From Escherichia phage EPFV3-03/2025, in sequence record PV435126.1: a stretch of 64,000 bases of DNA, one strand, 5' to 3'. Below the pieces are notes generated by a model. That model worked only from the letters and a program-made list of their open reading frames with translations. It was not told the origin of the DNA and searched no databases. How positions within the stretch are numbered: the first letter of the stretch is position 1; every line of letters starts with the position of its first letter. Shown here piece after piece: positions 19,769-30,426 of the stretch. The position numbers and the translations under genes were made by a program.

Positions 19769-20815
19769 GTGATGACTAAACCAGTTATCCCTCTTGATAT
19801 TTGGGCCAATCAGGATGTTGTGCTTGAAAATACAGGAGAGTTGAACAAATCTCAACCGAACAAAGAAGAGAGATTGAAAGGTTGGGATATGACACAAAGG
19901 ATAGCATGTGAAGTTGTTAACTTTGAACTCCACATGCTCTCTGCGTGGCTAAAGCATTTAACAGAAGATGTTGTCCCCGGATGGGATAATAGATTCTTAA
20001 GGGTCACTAATAATCTGGCAGACGTTCCAGACAAAGCTGCTGCACGTCAAGTTCTCAATGTATACTCGCCTGAAGAAATGGATGACCTTTATGTTGACAA
20101 GGCTGGAGACACAATGATCCAGACTCAAACTTTAGGTCTTCAAAGAATCGAGTTTGCATCCGCGTCAACAGATAGTGCGGCGATATACACCACCATAACT
20201 CCAGACAAGACGATGATGGATTTCTGGATTATGGACAACATCGGTGGTGCTGACGGCACAGACCTTGATGATCCCTCTCACCAAATAGACGGTTTCCGTT
20301 GGAGATTTCAACCTTCTGGTGGGCAGCCTGTGTTTTCGGCTATGAAGCTCAATGCTATAACTGCCAACCGTGCAAGACTGGCTATCCAAGGAAATCTTGA
20401 ATGCAATGATGCAAAAAGCTCCTCTGCAAATGCTAATGCGGTAACGATACCCAGATCCACTGTTAATGGGCAACAATCCTGCGGCAGCGCTCAAATAGGT
20501 GGAAGAGTAGATTGTAACGATAAAACCGCCAGAGGTCAATATGCAACAGTTGGTGGAAGAAACGTGGTCCGCAGGGTAAATGGTAGTAGCGCAGACAGTA
20601 GTGGTAACCTTACTATTCCTATGCCTAGTAGGGGTGTTGAAGATGTAAGGATAGCAAACCGTTTCAGAACCACCTACAGAGAATCAAGAGTATACCCTGG
20701 GCATGTAATGTGCTCCGGCAATTACGCATATAAACACCCGTATCAGGGCGACTATTGGACTGGAGCCATTCAAAAATTTGTAAACGGTCAATGGATCACC
20801 ATATCTTATGCTTAA
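19769..20815 (+). CDS. tail fiber protein (paralog B)
   Basis: 348 aa; GDTMIQT motif; C-terminal FVNGQWITISYA; homologous to 17716-18756. Confidence 0.7.
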   Translation: MMTKPVIPLDIWANQDVVLENTGELNKSQPNKEERLKGWDMTQRIACEVVNFELHMLSAWLKHLTEDVVPGWDNRFLRVTNNLADVPDKAAARQVLNVYSPEEMDDLYVDKAGDTMIQTQTLGLQRIEFASASTDSAAIYTTITPDKTMMDFWIMDNIGGADGTDLDDPSHQIDGFRWRFQPSGGQPVFSAMKLNAITANRARLAIQGNLECNDAKSSSANANAVTIPRSTVNGQQSCGSAQIGGRVDCNDKTARGQYATVGGRNVVRRVNGSSADSSGNLTIPMPSRGVEDVRIANRFRTTYRESRVYPGHVMCSGNYAYKHPYQGDYWTGAIQKFVNGQWITISYA

Positions 20816-20824
20816 AGAGGGTAA

Positions 20825-21091
20825 ATGAAATTAACTCAGTTTTTATGGGGACTGGTTGCAGCATCTGATGACCCTACAAAAGTGTCCCAATCTAAGCTAT
20901 GGTCAAACATAGGCATGGCAGTGATGACTGGGGTGTTTATTCATATGGGGTACAATGATACGCTTCCTGAATGGTATGCGTGGATATACGCACCTTCAGT
21001 AGCTTGCCCCCAGCTTATTAGCAAATTCATCTCGCTCCGGTGGGGTTGCCAGCACCCTGACCACGTTAAAAACGAAGAGCAAAAAGCTTAA
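20825..21091 (+). CDS. small membrane protein
   Basis: 88 aa with hydrophobic segments; function unknown. Confidence 0.4.
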   Translation: MKLTQFLWGLVAASDDPTKVSQSKLWSNIGMAVMTGVFIHMGYNDTLPEWYAWIYAPSVACPQLISKFISLRWGCQHPDHVKNEEQKA

Positions 21092-21100
21092 GGAGAAATC

Positions 21101-22846
21101 ATGGCGCAAGACATGACAAGCTTTGAGCAGGCGGTAGATCAAGTAATTGTTGATTCTGAACGTTTGCACCTGATTGTCAACGGTAACGCTGTGGATGAAG
21201 TTGTCGTAGAGGATGGGACCACCATCCCTACGGTACGAAAAGCCATGCTTGACACCCTTTATTTTAAAACGCCACCAATCCCTTGGGCGTATGGTGCATC
21301 CACAACAGTTTTTAACCAGTTGTATGAGTTTAAAGGGGATACAGGCCCTCAGTGGTGGTACGCCCCAGCAGCATCAAAATCTAACCCGGTTAGGATGCCA
21401 GCAGATCCTTCACAATCTCCGAACTGGAGATTATATACCGATTCTGCAGTAATGGCAAAATACTACGCAAAACTTAACAGCCCAAGATTCGAAGGTGACC
21501 CGCGAGTACCTACACCTCCAATGGACGATAAGTCCGAGTCTATAGCAAACACAGAGTTTGTTGTGGACTATGTGGATAGCATATTTAAAGCCATGGAGGG
21601 GATGAAAGTTACTGTAGGGTCTTTGGTGGTAAAAGGTCTTACAGAACTTGCTAACACCATAGTTGGTGGCACCCTTACCTTACACGGGCCTGTTAATGGA
21701 GCGGATTCTACTGCACGCTTCAGGAACCTAATCCTTACTGCAAATACTTCTACACTGACTTTTGCGTGGAGCGATCCTAAGCATGCAGACTGGAGAAGCA
21801 CAGAGCTGCAACCTCATGAAGTGGTCACCCACAGGGTTATAGCTGACACTATAACTTCTGGGAAACCAGTGGCTAATAATAACGATGTGCATTTTGATGG
21901 TCTAGGTAATAACTTTTTTGACTACGTGTACATTCGTGGTAACTCCATGAAGGCAGCAACCGAACCGACATTGCAGGTTGATGGGACCACCAGGGTTAAG
22001 AACCTTGAGGTGACAGGCACCGTTACAGGGATAACCTACTCTGTAGATGGCACCATGATCTACCCTAGCTATATTGAAAGCACGGGAGATGCACTGATCA
22101 ATGGAGATTTAGAGGTTGGCGGATCTATAGTCATTCGTGGCACAGCATCTGTCCAGAACATATCTTTAAACACTCTGAGGGTGAATGAGCGTGCCACTTT
22201 TGAAGGGGAAGGGCTTACCGCCAACAAAGGTACGATTACCGAGCTGACAACCACTACTCTAACTGCAACAACTGCAAACTCTGAAAACTGCAACGTTACC
22301 CGCAACTTGCAGGTAAATGGAGATGTTAGTTTAAACGCAGCAGGTACGGGAACCACTTATCTTCACAACCTTGAAATATCCGGCACGGTGACTGGGTGGC
22401 TGCCAGACTTCTCTAATGTTAACTTTGTCTGCAACGGCATTAACTCCAGTGGTAAGATAACCACCTCTCAAGAAATTGAGGCTGGTAAAACTATTACTGC
22501 CCCTACTTTCCACGCAGGGAAGGTAGATTTTGATTTAGAGGAGGTTGACGCATCTAGTGGGACATGGACACCTAACGGGCAGGCCAGCATGTATGTTGTC
22601 CACGCGAAAGGGGATTTTACAATAGGCCAATGGCCTGGGACATCGGCTGAAGATAAACCTTACCCGTTTACTGCAATCATCTATGTCATTCAAGATGCTG
22701 TAGGCCACAACGTGACTTTGCACGATAAATATGCCATACTGTCGGCTACCCCTGTCATTAACAACAAAGCCAACAGCGTTACCTTGCTACAATTGACATA
22801 TTGTGGTGTTGGTGATATTGTGGATGTGGTTATTGCACAACGTTAA
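21101..22846 (+). CDS. tail fiber-like protein
   Basis: 581 aa; N-terminal region with SESIANTEFV-type motif and repeated beta-rich GTVTG segments; RBS AAGGAGAAA. Confidence 0.55.
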   Translation: MAQDMTSFEQAVDQVIVDSERLHLIVNGNAVDEVVVEDGTTIPTVRKAMLDTLYFKTPPIPWAYGASTTVFNQLYEFKGDTGPQWWYAPAASKSNPVRMPADPSQSPNWRLYTDSAVMAKYYAKLNSPRFEGDPRVPTPPMDDKSESIANTEFVVDYVDSIFKAMEGMKVTVGSLVVKGLTELANTIVGGTLTLHGPVNGADSTARFRNLILTANTSTLTFAWSDPKHADWRSTELQPHEVVTHRVIADTITSGKPVANNNDVHFDGLGNNFFDYVYIRGNSMKAATEPTLQVDGTTRVKNLEVTGTVTGITYSVDGTMIYPSYIESTGDALINGDLEVGGSIVIRGTASVQNISLNTLRVNERATFEGEGLTANKGTITELTTTTLTATTANSENCNVTRNLQVNGDVSLNAAGTGTTYLHNLEISGTVTGWLPDFSNVNFVCNGINSSGKITTSQEIEAGKTITAPTFHAGKVDFDLEEVDASSGTWTPNGQASMYVVHAKGDFTIGQWPGTSAEDKPYPFTAIIYVIQDAVGHNVTLHDKYAILSATPVINNKANSVTLLQLTYCGVGDIVDVVIAQR

Positions 22847-22854
22847 TATATCTG

Positions 22855-22880
22855 ACCGCTCCTGACGGGGCGGTTTTCTT
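22855..22880 (+). terminator. putative terminator hairpin (ACCGC...GCGGT + TTTTCTT)
   Basis: 5-bp GC stem with 9-nt loop and T-rich tail; weaker than the others. Confidence 0.35.
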
Positions 22881-22894
22881 ATCTGGAGAACACA

Positions 22895-25800
22895 ATGCTT
22901 CCAATCCCTTTGTTAAAACTTGGTCGTCATTTCCTCGATAAGAGGGGTGGAGTTAAGGAACTTGCTGTTCTGTCATATCCAATAGACAACAGTGACGGTA
23001 CAAGCACTACAGTAGCCTATGTAAATAGCTTAGCTATACTTTTTGACAATGGTCAGCTTAATATTACGGGCTATAACAAGTTCGGGGAGTGTCGCACTGG
23101 GGATCGTAACCCTATAAACTACCCTAGCGAAACAGCCTGGAATGTTGATCATGTGTGGAGAGCAGACCGTGCGTTTGTGATCCGGACTTTTGATAACCAG
23201 TTTTTCTACATCGGCTGCACTGCAGGTCTTATCGGATCCACTGCGGCAGGTGGTAATGATGTTTGCGTAAACGAGTGGACACCTCTTCCTGAACAGATCG
23301 TTAAAGGATTGCACCTTGACACCCACCCAGAGCGCCTTGTTGAGGTGATGGGCGGTATTAACAACACCGTCTGGGTTATGGCAGAGGCAGAAGGCACTGG
23401 CATTTTACACCTGTACGGATCTGGTAACAACACCTACGGATCTTTGCATGTGGATAAAAACCAGCATGCAACTCCTGTAAAGATTGGTGAAACATCGGAA
23501 AATCCTGAAACAGGTCCTTGGAAAAACCCAAGCATTAACTGCGAGGTGCATGATAACTCTGTTATTTTCGGCGGTCCTAGAGGTTTCTGGATTGCGGGAT
23601 ACGACTTTCTGAGGAACAACAGCAGAAACGACCTTGTTTGGCCTCCTGCTCAGATTACCCGTGACGATTTGAGGGGCATTCCTACAGATGAGGAGTGGAA
23701 AGGGTTCATGTGCGGTCCGAACGGGGCAGTGGTTGTAACACAAAGAATGCACAGACCTGATGACCAGCAACTTGTTAACGTATTCTACGGGCAGGACGTT
23801 TGGGGAGATGATACCTGGCGTGCCTTGAATATCACCTACACCCATGAGGTAATAATGGCTCGTGGGTACGGCACAAGTGGCATTTTCTTCAACAATGGTA
23901 CTAAGCAGTACCGTGGATTCTCTCGCAACCTTTGCAATGATATCGGCGCACAATCTGCAAACAACAACCGTAGGGCCAATTTTATCCACTATCAAGCCCT
24001 TGCTACAGCCAAATACGTTGAGCAACGACTTCCAGTTAGCTGGACAGAGAGTGTTTATTTCCAAGGCATTCACAGAGAAGGTTTTTTAGGGACCTTTACT
24101 GTTGTTAATGGTAAACTTTGGTGGTCAGGTATCCCAAAGGGAAGTTTTGCAGGCTCTAATAACCTGTTTGGCGGCAGACTTAATAGCCAGGGGTTCACAG
24201 AGGTTCCTGAGAATTGGTATAAAAATGTCCCAGTAGACAGCTGGGCTGTTGATGATATTTTCGACGTTAACGGTGTTAGCAGCGTTAGTAATATTTACAT
24301 TGGTGATACGGTCAAGATGAAATTGAAGCCTCAGCCAGAAGGGGCCACGTTCATTATTGACAAGATTGAACTGGTAAACGCTGCAGGCACGGTTGTTACA
24401 GATGCAAATTACCAATTCTACACCAACTGGAACCACGGCGGGGCCAACGAAGTTATTGTTACCCAGTATAACAGGAATGTTAACAGACGTGGCCTGTACT
24501 CTGTAAAAATAACCTATCATGACAAACATGGCACAGGCAGGACCCACACAACAAGGACTTTGAACTGGAACACTATCGTCCCAGCGTACCCGTCTGATGG
24601 TAAATGGCATACTGCCGGTAGAAACAAACAGTTCCATGTTAATGACACCGTATACTTTGGACTGAATGCGGCTCAGCCTGCAGTAGAAGGGGATACATCG
24701 TATATGGTCAGACTCCATAGAATGGATGCTGGATCGGTAACTTATGATGTTACCCAAGAGATTTATAATCAGCGACGAAATACCTATGATAACTTGGTGC
24801 AGACACAGGCCCTATGGGAGTTCAACCCAAACGGAAGGGGTGGTAAAATGTTGCAGGTCAACGAACAAAACGGGACATCGTTGACTGTTCACGAACACCC
24901 AAACCCTTGGCCTGATCCTGGGAAACCGAATCCGGGTGCTCGTACACTAAAAATTGTCAGCCATGACGTAGGGTATTTCGGAATACGCTGGGAAGCCACA
25001 GTAAGATATGCCGACGGGACGACAAACAATATAGGGATTACTCTTGGTGGCACCAGTGAGGATAACTCGCTGAAAATTGCCTATACTCCTAGAGGTATTT
25101 CTATTGATAATATGGATGTTGTTCGCAACGGTTACGGGGATGTGAACATCAAAGTTACTCTTGGTGAACATCTTGGCGGGGAAAGGATCATCATGTATGC
25201 CTTTGATCATGACCCTCGCACCAATGGAACATATGCAGACCAGGCGTGGAGCCACCTGATAAGCGCACCTGAGCCAAATACTAAAGAATTCTACTACGGT
25301 ATGAAGCGAGATGTGTGCAAGAAAACAGGGACACATGACTGGATTGCGATCTGTGTTAAAGATGAACGTACCGCTTGGAACGAGCCTGTTAACAGATGGT
25401 TCATAGGTATTCCCACCAGAAGTGATAAATACGTTGAAGAATATATTGTGTGCATGGGCGGCACCAACCTTAATATGTGTTGGAACGAGGATGCAAACAA
25501 CAAATACTCTGATTATGACTATATGCGGGACTATTCTTGCAATCAGTGGTTTAACCAACCTGGATATGCCGATCGACAGGCAAGAGTGAATCCTGCAATC
25601 TTCACAGATACTCAGGTTTTCTTGACAAAACAGGCTAACGAGGTTCAGACCTTCAAGAACAACTACGACCCTAACAAGTGGTTTTATAACTGTTATGGCG
25701 CATATTTCTGGGGGCCTGCTGAACTGCCTGATACAGGTTCTTGCTTAGGGGCTGCAACCTATGGCAGTGACTATATTATGGGTCAGGTCAAGAAGTACAA

Positions 25801-26743
25801 GATAATTCCTGGACCTGCAATTCTAGGTAATGCTGTTGACCCGTACATAACTTTCGCAGCTGTGCATGCGAATATGAATGGTGAGAGATATCCGTTCGAC
25901 GTTCCAGTTGCCAACGGATACAGACGTGTCGTGATGATTATTAAATGCGATCTGATCGGGAAGCAAGTTCTTGCAGAAAACGGAACCTCAACACATTTAT
26001 TCGAGACTGCTCTGCACTACCAGTTTGCAGACTCACCATATGCAGGGGATAAAAGAATATCCGACACAGACTCTAAGCGCTGTAAGAAAGTTTTACTTGG
26101 AGCCGGGTGGTGGTGGTACGAGTTTGATTTGACAGATAAGTTCACAGATGATACCAAAACTCTCACAGGTATCCGTCTGGACCTTGGTGAGAACATGCAT
26201 AAAAGTGTTTGTGATGGCACCTACGGTGATCCTACAATATACTTGAAGTATGTCTCTTTGGAGCATCCAGAGGATGCAGTAATCGGTCCTAAACTGAAAT
26301 TGTTCGGCACATGGATTGCTAAGGACAGAGTAGGTATGGGTAAGAAAGTGAGAGGATTCCTGATAGATGCTGGGACAGAGGACATGCTGGTTAATGCAGT
26401 GTGGCCTACTTTAGAAGGCACTAACTACAACAATGCAGCTAGGTCTATAAACTGGTTTAACATTCACAGAGCTATGTGGACCACCAACTGCTACTTGTGG
26501 AGAGAGCTTAACGATCAGGCTTTCGGCTTCAGTAACGGTAGAAGGATGGCAATCATCTGCTGGACAACGCTGCAAAGATGTTATGACCATGACTACGAGA
26601 TTGGCGGTAGGGCATGGAAAGATATTAGGGATAGAATCATATACAATTTTGCAGATGATAATGGTGGCGGGGCGTATAACTTCGGCACAAGCAGGCTCAT
26701 CCATTTGAACGGATCAAGAAAGAAGGCTACTCTGGGTCCATGA
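22895..26743 (+). CDS. large structural protein (possible receptor-binding/tail protein)
   Basis: 1282-aa ORF; no catalytic motif recognised. Confidence 0.55.
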   Translation: MLPIPLLKLGRHFLDKRGGVKELAVLSYPIDNSDGTSTTVAYVNSLAILFDNGQLNITGYNKFGECRTGDRNPINYPSETAWNVDHVWRADRAFVIRTFDNQFFYIGCTAGLIGSTAAGGNDVCVNEWTPLPEQIVKGLHLDTHPERLVEVMGGINNTVWVMAEAEGTGILHLYGSGNNTYGSLHVDKNQHATPVKIGETSENPETGPWKNPSINCEVHDNSVIFGGPRGFWIAGYDFLRNNSRNDLVWPPAQITRDDLRGIPTDEEWKGFMCGPNGAVVVTQRMHRPDDQQLVNVFYGQDVWGDDTWRALNITYTHEVIMARGYGTSGIFFNNGTKQYRGFSRNLCNDIGAQSANNNRRANFIHYQALATAKYVEQRLPVSWTESVYFQGIHREGFLGTFTVVNGKLWWSGIPKGSFAGSNNLFGGRLNSQGFTEVPENWYKNVPVDSWAVDDIFDVNGVSSVSNIYIGDTVKMKLKPQPEGATFIIDKIELVNAAGTVVTDANYQFYTNWNHGGANEVIVTQYNRNVNRRGLYSVKITYHDKHGTGRTHTTRTLNWNTIVPAYPSDGKWHTAGRNKQFHVNDTVYFGLNAAQPAVEGDTSYMVRLHRMDAGSVTYDVTQEIYNQRRNTYDNLVQTQALWEFNPNGRGGKMLQVNEQNGTSLTVHEHPNPWPDPGKPNPGARTLKIVSHDVGYFGIRWEATVRYADGTTNNIGITLGGTSEDNSLKIAYTPRGISIDNMDVVRNGYGDVNIKVTLGEHLGGERIIMYAFDHDPRTNGTYADQAWSHLISAPEPNTKEFYYGMKRDVCKKTGTHDWIAICVKDERTAWNEPVNRWFIGIPTRSDKYVEEYIVCMGGTNLNMCWNEDANNKYSDYDYMRDYSCNQWFNQPGYADRQARVNPAIFTDTQVFLTKQANEVQTFKNNYDPNKWFYNCYGAYFWGPAELPDTGSCLGAATYGSDYIMGQVKKYKIIPGPAILGNAVDPYITFAAVHANMNGERYPFDVPVANGYRRVVMIIKCDLIGKQVLAENGTSTHLFETALHYQFADSPYAGDKRISDTDSKRCKKVLLGAGWWWYEFDLTDKFTDDTKTLTGIRLDLGENMHKSVCDGTYGDPTIYLKYVSLEHPEDAVIGPKLKLFGTWIAKDRVGMGKKVRGFLIDAGTEDMLVNAVWPTLEGTNYNNAARSINWFNIHRAMWTTNCYLWRELNDQAFGFSNGRRMAIICWTTLQRCYDHDYEIGGRAWKDIRDRIIYNFADDNGGGAYNFGTSRLIHLNGSRKKATLGP

Positions 26744-28521
26744 TTGAGTGGGGTCTGGTGAAAGATGCTCGCGTATTGATGGGTCAACAACTTGCTGCTG
26801 CAATAGGACCTAACGCAGTGCAGTCTGTCAAACCAGCGTGGTTCGATATCCCAATATGGTCATCTGGAACACCCGGAACTGCGGCAATCAACCCTACCAC
26901 CGGGGATCTGGAAATCTCTTGGGAGGACTTAAAGCAGGTTGGTGGCTGGGATAAGACAGGGTACCAGGTGCAATGGTGGAGATCTGACGGATCGTTAGCA
27001 GCTGATGAGTTTGTTAAGGACAATTTCTACACCATGTCCTCTGCAAAAGCACAGCAATTGTTTGGTCAGGCCACTCCGTCAACGATCACCATGTCCATGA
27101 GTTGTAAAGACAACAGGACTGGAGCTCTGGGACCAAGGGTTGCTAAAGTTTTCTCAGGTATTAAATGGAATCTCCCTGTTCAAAGTGTTTCATGGAAGCA
27201 AATAGGTGATAACAAGCTGCTGGTTACCCCAGCTTGTCAGTTCAACGCAACTCTTAACGTTGATCCTGCTGTTGCGGCAAACTCAGCTAAAGCTTCTGAC
27301 TTCTCTGTGTCTAACACTGCTATGGCAGATGTGAGGAAGATTGACACGCTGAACGCCAGAATTACCTGTAAAAACACTTATGGCACATTCCAGATCATCA
27401 ACAACTTCACAGATGCTGATTCTAAGGTAGTGAGGACAGCAAGCCAGACTCTGAGTTTAGGAACTCTGGCCTACGCGGCCCTGATCACTGAACAGTCGGC
27501 AACACTCCAAGGAGGCGGTGTAGGCAAGTCCATTGCAACACCTGTGTGGAAGCCAAATGAGTGGGTTGTGTTCGATTTGACTGTGGACTTCTCCAGCGAT
27601 AATAACTGGACATGGGTAAGGAATTGCTTGTCACAACTGATGGGTGGTCCAAGCTCCGTTAGTGATAGCCACGACTCCACTGACCCGAGTGTGTTTCAGG
27701 TGGGTAAAACTCACCCGGAGACTGGGGCACCGTTGCCTGACAGGAAGTATGCTTTGGTTTGCATCTCCAACGGCAAGGCAGATGTAACCTTCTCAGGGAC
27801 ACACACATATAACGGCACTTACAACTTCTCTAAAAAGTACAGCCTCAAGGCAGGTAACATTGTAGATGAAGTTGGTGCGTTGTATAATCCAGGTAACGGC
27901 ATAGGGATTGTAGGTGGTAAACTGCAGATGCAGGAACCTTCTATTACCCCTTCCAATGTGCCAGGAATCAGAAAGACTTGGGAAAGTAGTAATACCAACA
28001 TTGCAACAGTGGATGCTACCACAGGGCTGGTAACATTTAAAGCTACTGGGAATGTCACCATAAAGTTTGTAGTTACAGATGATGCAGGGCGCAAAACGTC
28101 TTCAACATCTTTTACTGTCAAACAGATGGCACCACAGTGGAGAATGTGGATAGGTACAGCAACAAACGGGGCATATCCTAATCCGGCAGGGACTTCTGGT
28201 ATGAAGACTTTCTCTACAAGCAAGCCGATGGAGTACGGCAGCGGTCCTAAGGTAGGGCAGATGGTGTACTTTGGTGCGTATATTCCTGAAATTATAGGGC
28301 TTCCGAGAAGTCAGATTCAGTTGCTGTTTGGGGCTGGTGTTGACGATCTTGCCACTTTCGGGTATAGAGACAACATCGAGGCTGCAAGGAGTTCAGGATG
28401 GGTAGGGTTCAGAATGGAGTCTGGAAAGGAAGGCAGGATTCTAGGGACAGCCTCTATAGGTGTTATGTTCCCTGGTGACCAGCAGTATCGTCTAGAAGCC
28501 TACGCAACATTTTCTCGTTAA
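26740..28521 (+). CDS. structural protein with bacterial Ig-like domain
   Basis: 593 aa; start overlaps previous stop (ATGA); segment NIATVDATTGLVTFKATGNVTIKFVVTDDAGRKTSS resembles a Big_2-type Ig-like domain. Confidence 0.55.
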   Translation: MIEWGLVKDARVLMGQQLAAAIGPNAVQSVKPAWFDIPIWSSGTPGTAAINPTTGDLEISWEDLKQVGGWDKTGYQVQWWRSDGSLAADEFVKDNFYTMSSAKAQQLFGQATPSTITMSMSCKDNRTGALGPRVAKVFSGIKWNLPVQSVSWKQIGDNKLLVTPACQFNATLNVDPAVAANSAKASDFSVSNTAMADVRKIDTLNARITCKNTYGTFQIINNFTDADSKVVRTASQTLSLGTLAYAALITEQSATLQGGGVGKSIATPVWKPNEWVVFDLTVDFSSDNNWTWVRNCLSQLMGGPSSVSDSHDSTDPSVFQVGKTHPETGAPLPDRKYALVCISNGKADVTFSGTHTYNGTYNFSKKYSLKAGNIVDEVGALYNPGNGIGIVGGKLQMQEPSITPSNVPGIRKTWESSNTNIATVDATTGLVTFKATGNVTIKFVVTDDAGRKTSSTSFTVKQMAPQWRMWIGTATNGAYPNPAGTSGMKTFSTSKPMEYGSGPKVGQMVYFGAYIPEIIGLPRSQIQLLFGAGVDDLATFGYRDNIEAARSSGWVGFRMESGKEGRILGTASIGVMFPGDQQYRLEAYATFSR

Positions 28522-28538
28522 CAAGGGGGTAAATAAAA

Positions 28539-28564
28539 AGGGGCCAAACGGCCCCTTTCTTTTT
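28539..28564. terminator. bidirectional rho-independent terminator (AGGGGCC-AAAC-GGCCCCT flanked by A-run and T-run)
   Basis: Perfect palindromic stem between convergent genes at the strand switch. Confidence 0.7.
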
Positions 28565-28568
28565 ATAG

Positions 28569-28772
28569 TTAGTAATACTCCCAACATGCCCCATCTTCAG
28601 ACGGCTTGACGCGCTTACCTTTATGGTCAACATAGGTATAGCCACAACCTTCACAAATAACAGGTGCTGCATAGCCGCCTTCCTTCCACTGATCCTCAGT
28701 GATCAGACCTTCCAAATCTTTGCAGTCAAAGCCAAACAACTCTTCAGAGCAATCTTTACAAAAATCAGCCAT
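28569..28772 (-). CDS. small zinc-ribbon protein
   Basis: 67 aa with two CxxC pairs (CKDC...CEGC). Confidence 0.5.
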   Translation of the reverse strand: MADFCKDCSEELFGFDCKDLEGLITEDQWKEGGYAAPVICEGCGYTYVDHKGKRVKPSEDGACWEYY

Positions 28773-28775
28773 TTC

Positions 28776-29240
28776 TCAGTCCTCGCATTTAACAAATTTT
28801 TCTATAGATCCACCAAGCACAGCTTGTTGTTTGATGGCACTTTCTTCATCATAGTGGATAGACTTATGTTCCGTACCTCCAAACTTACCTGTGTGGAAGG
28901 TGTGCACCCAAATCTCTTTAGGAAGGGATTTATTCTCTTCCTCCACCAACTCCCACATACCCCACAAGTGATCTGTGATATCTCTGATGAAATATCCCTC
29001 GCCGAGGTTTGTATTCACACTATAAGCTGATTCGTGATCTCCGCAAATATAACGGAAGGCAGTGTACTCTTTACCTGGTGTGAAGTGAGTATCCATTAGT
29101 ATGGCTGTTAAAGAATAAGGGTCTCGAAAGCCCAAGAACTTTAGTTTAACAATTTCGACATCTACCTCTGCAAGATTATCCATGACGATCTCCTCTGTTT
29201 GGTTGGTGAGAATTATATATAGATCTGGTGTTGGTGTCAA
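28776..29240 (-). CDS. hypothetical protein
   Basis: 154-aa ORF in the minus-strand cassette. Confidence 0.5.
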   Translation of the reverse strand: MTPTPDLYIILTNQTEEIVMDNLAEVDVEIVKLKFLGFRDPYSLTAILMDTHFTPGKEYTAFRYICGDHESAYSVNTNLGEGYFIRDITDHLWGMWELVEEENKSLPKEIWVHTFHTGKFGGTEHKSIHYDEESAIKQQAVLGGSIEKFVKCED

Positions 29241-29344
29241 GCTTAATTTTAAGAGATCTGAGAGGGTATTTTATTCAGGGAGGCAATCGCACAGGGTTGG
29301 GAAATTTATGAAGGCACAGGCCTCGTTTGAGGCCTTAAAATAGA

Positions 29345-29728
29345 TTACGACGATACCTTGACGGGTTTATCTGATAAGGCTGGGAAGCCTAAAGCAGCAC
29401 CTAGACCGCCATACGCTATCCACCATTGAAGTTCATCGTGACACCATTTTCCAATCAAGAAGGTGCTGTAGTAGCGGGTCAGTATCTTGGCATAGGCTTT
29501 AGGATCTGCATCCTCAGGTATGATAATGCTTGGTGGGCGTTTGTTATGACCACAGCAGCAGTTTAAAGTCTTCAATCCTGCTGCCCATAGACTCATGACA
29601 GGCTTAGCCATGCACTTATCAAGGCACACACGTTTTTTGCCGTCACGGAGCTTTTTAGGCACATCAACGATAACATTTTGATGCTTGGCACCTTTCACTT
29701 TCCAATTATAGGATTTACACTTGCACAT
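29345..29728 (-). CDS. hypothetical Cys-rich protein
   Basis: 127 aa with CKCK and NCCCGH motifs; possible metal-binding protein. Confidence 0.45.
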   Translation of the reverse strand: MCKCKSYNWKVKGAKHQNVIVDVPKKLRDGKKRVCLDKCMAKPVMSLWAAGLKTLNCCCGHNKRPPSIIIPEDADPKAYAKILTRYYSTFLIGKWCHDELQWWIAYGGLGAALGFPALSDKPVKVSS

Positions 29729-29946
29729 TTAATCAGTCCCCATTTAGAAATCCACACTATTACGTTTTTGAGGCATACCTTACTTAAAGTCTTTATCACC
29801 TGTTACGATTGCACGAATCCACTCATTGTGATGCGTAATGGCGGCAAGGTGTAACATAATGTGGTGATTGTCATTGCCAAGCACGGCGTGATAAGTTTTA
29901 GCAACACCCTGATATAACTTCCACATCAAGTAATGGTATCTTCGTT

Positions 29947-30426
29947 TCATGGCTCTTTCTCCGGTTCAGGATCTGGGTAATCTTCAATAATAAAGGGCCA
30001 TCCGTTACGCTTAGCGTCAGACTTATACTCAATTTCCTTCATTGCAAACTCTAACTGATTCTTGGCCGGAATGCAAGCTGGAGAATCATCAACCCAGATG
30101 TCTGGGTAGATATCAAACTGCGCCAGATAAGCGGCCTTCTGAACGCCTCCAGTATAAAACACTCCAACATCGAGCTCCTTGCGCCAGTATTCAATGTCCA
30201 CATTATCTTGAGTGATGAACCGAAAAGTCACAAGGTAGACTGTCCACCCTTCCTTCTTCAGGTCCTTAATCAAGCGGGAGAAGATGAAAGGGCTCGCATT
30301 AAACGTTCCATCAAAGTCAATGGCAATGATATGCGTGCCGTGGCGAGTCTCATATGGATTGCTCGTGGTAAGATTGCTGTAGTTAAAAGGCACTTCTTCC
30401 CCGCAGTAGCTGTAGTCCATATTCAC
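29947..30426 (-). CDS. HAD-superfamily phosphatase-like protein
   Basis: 159 aa; IIAIDFDGTF matches HAD motif I (DxDGT); WVDDSP resembles motif IV. Confidence 0.55.
   Translation of the reverse strand: MNMDYSYCGEEVPFNYSNLTTSNPYETRHGTHIIAIDFDGTFNASPFIFSRLIKDLKKEGWTVYLVTFRFITQDNVDIEYWRKELDVGVFYTGGVQKAAYLAQFDIYPDIWVDDSPACIPAKNQLEFAMKEIEYKSDAKRNGWPFIIEDYPDPEPEKEP

Noticed and set aside
23405-25558. Long antisense ORFs (222, 210 and 203 aa on the minus strand) nested inside the 1282-aa plus-strand gene 22895-26743
   Set aside because: They lie entirely within a long, well-supported sense ORF in a single-orientation structural block, have no evident RBS or promoter, and their translations are low-complexity. 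Most likely a by-product of the sense gene's codon usage.
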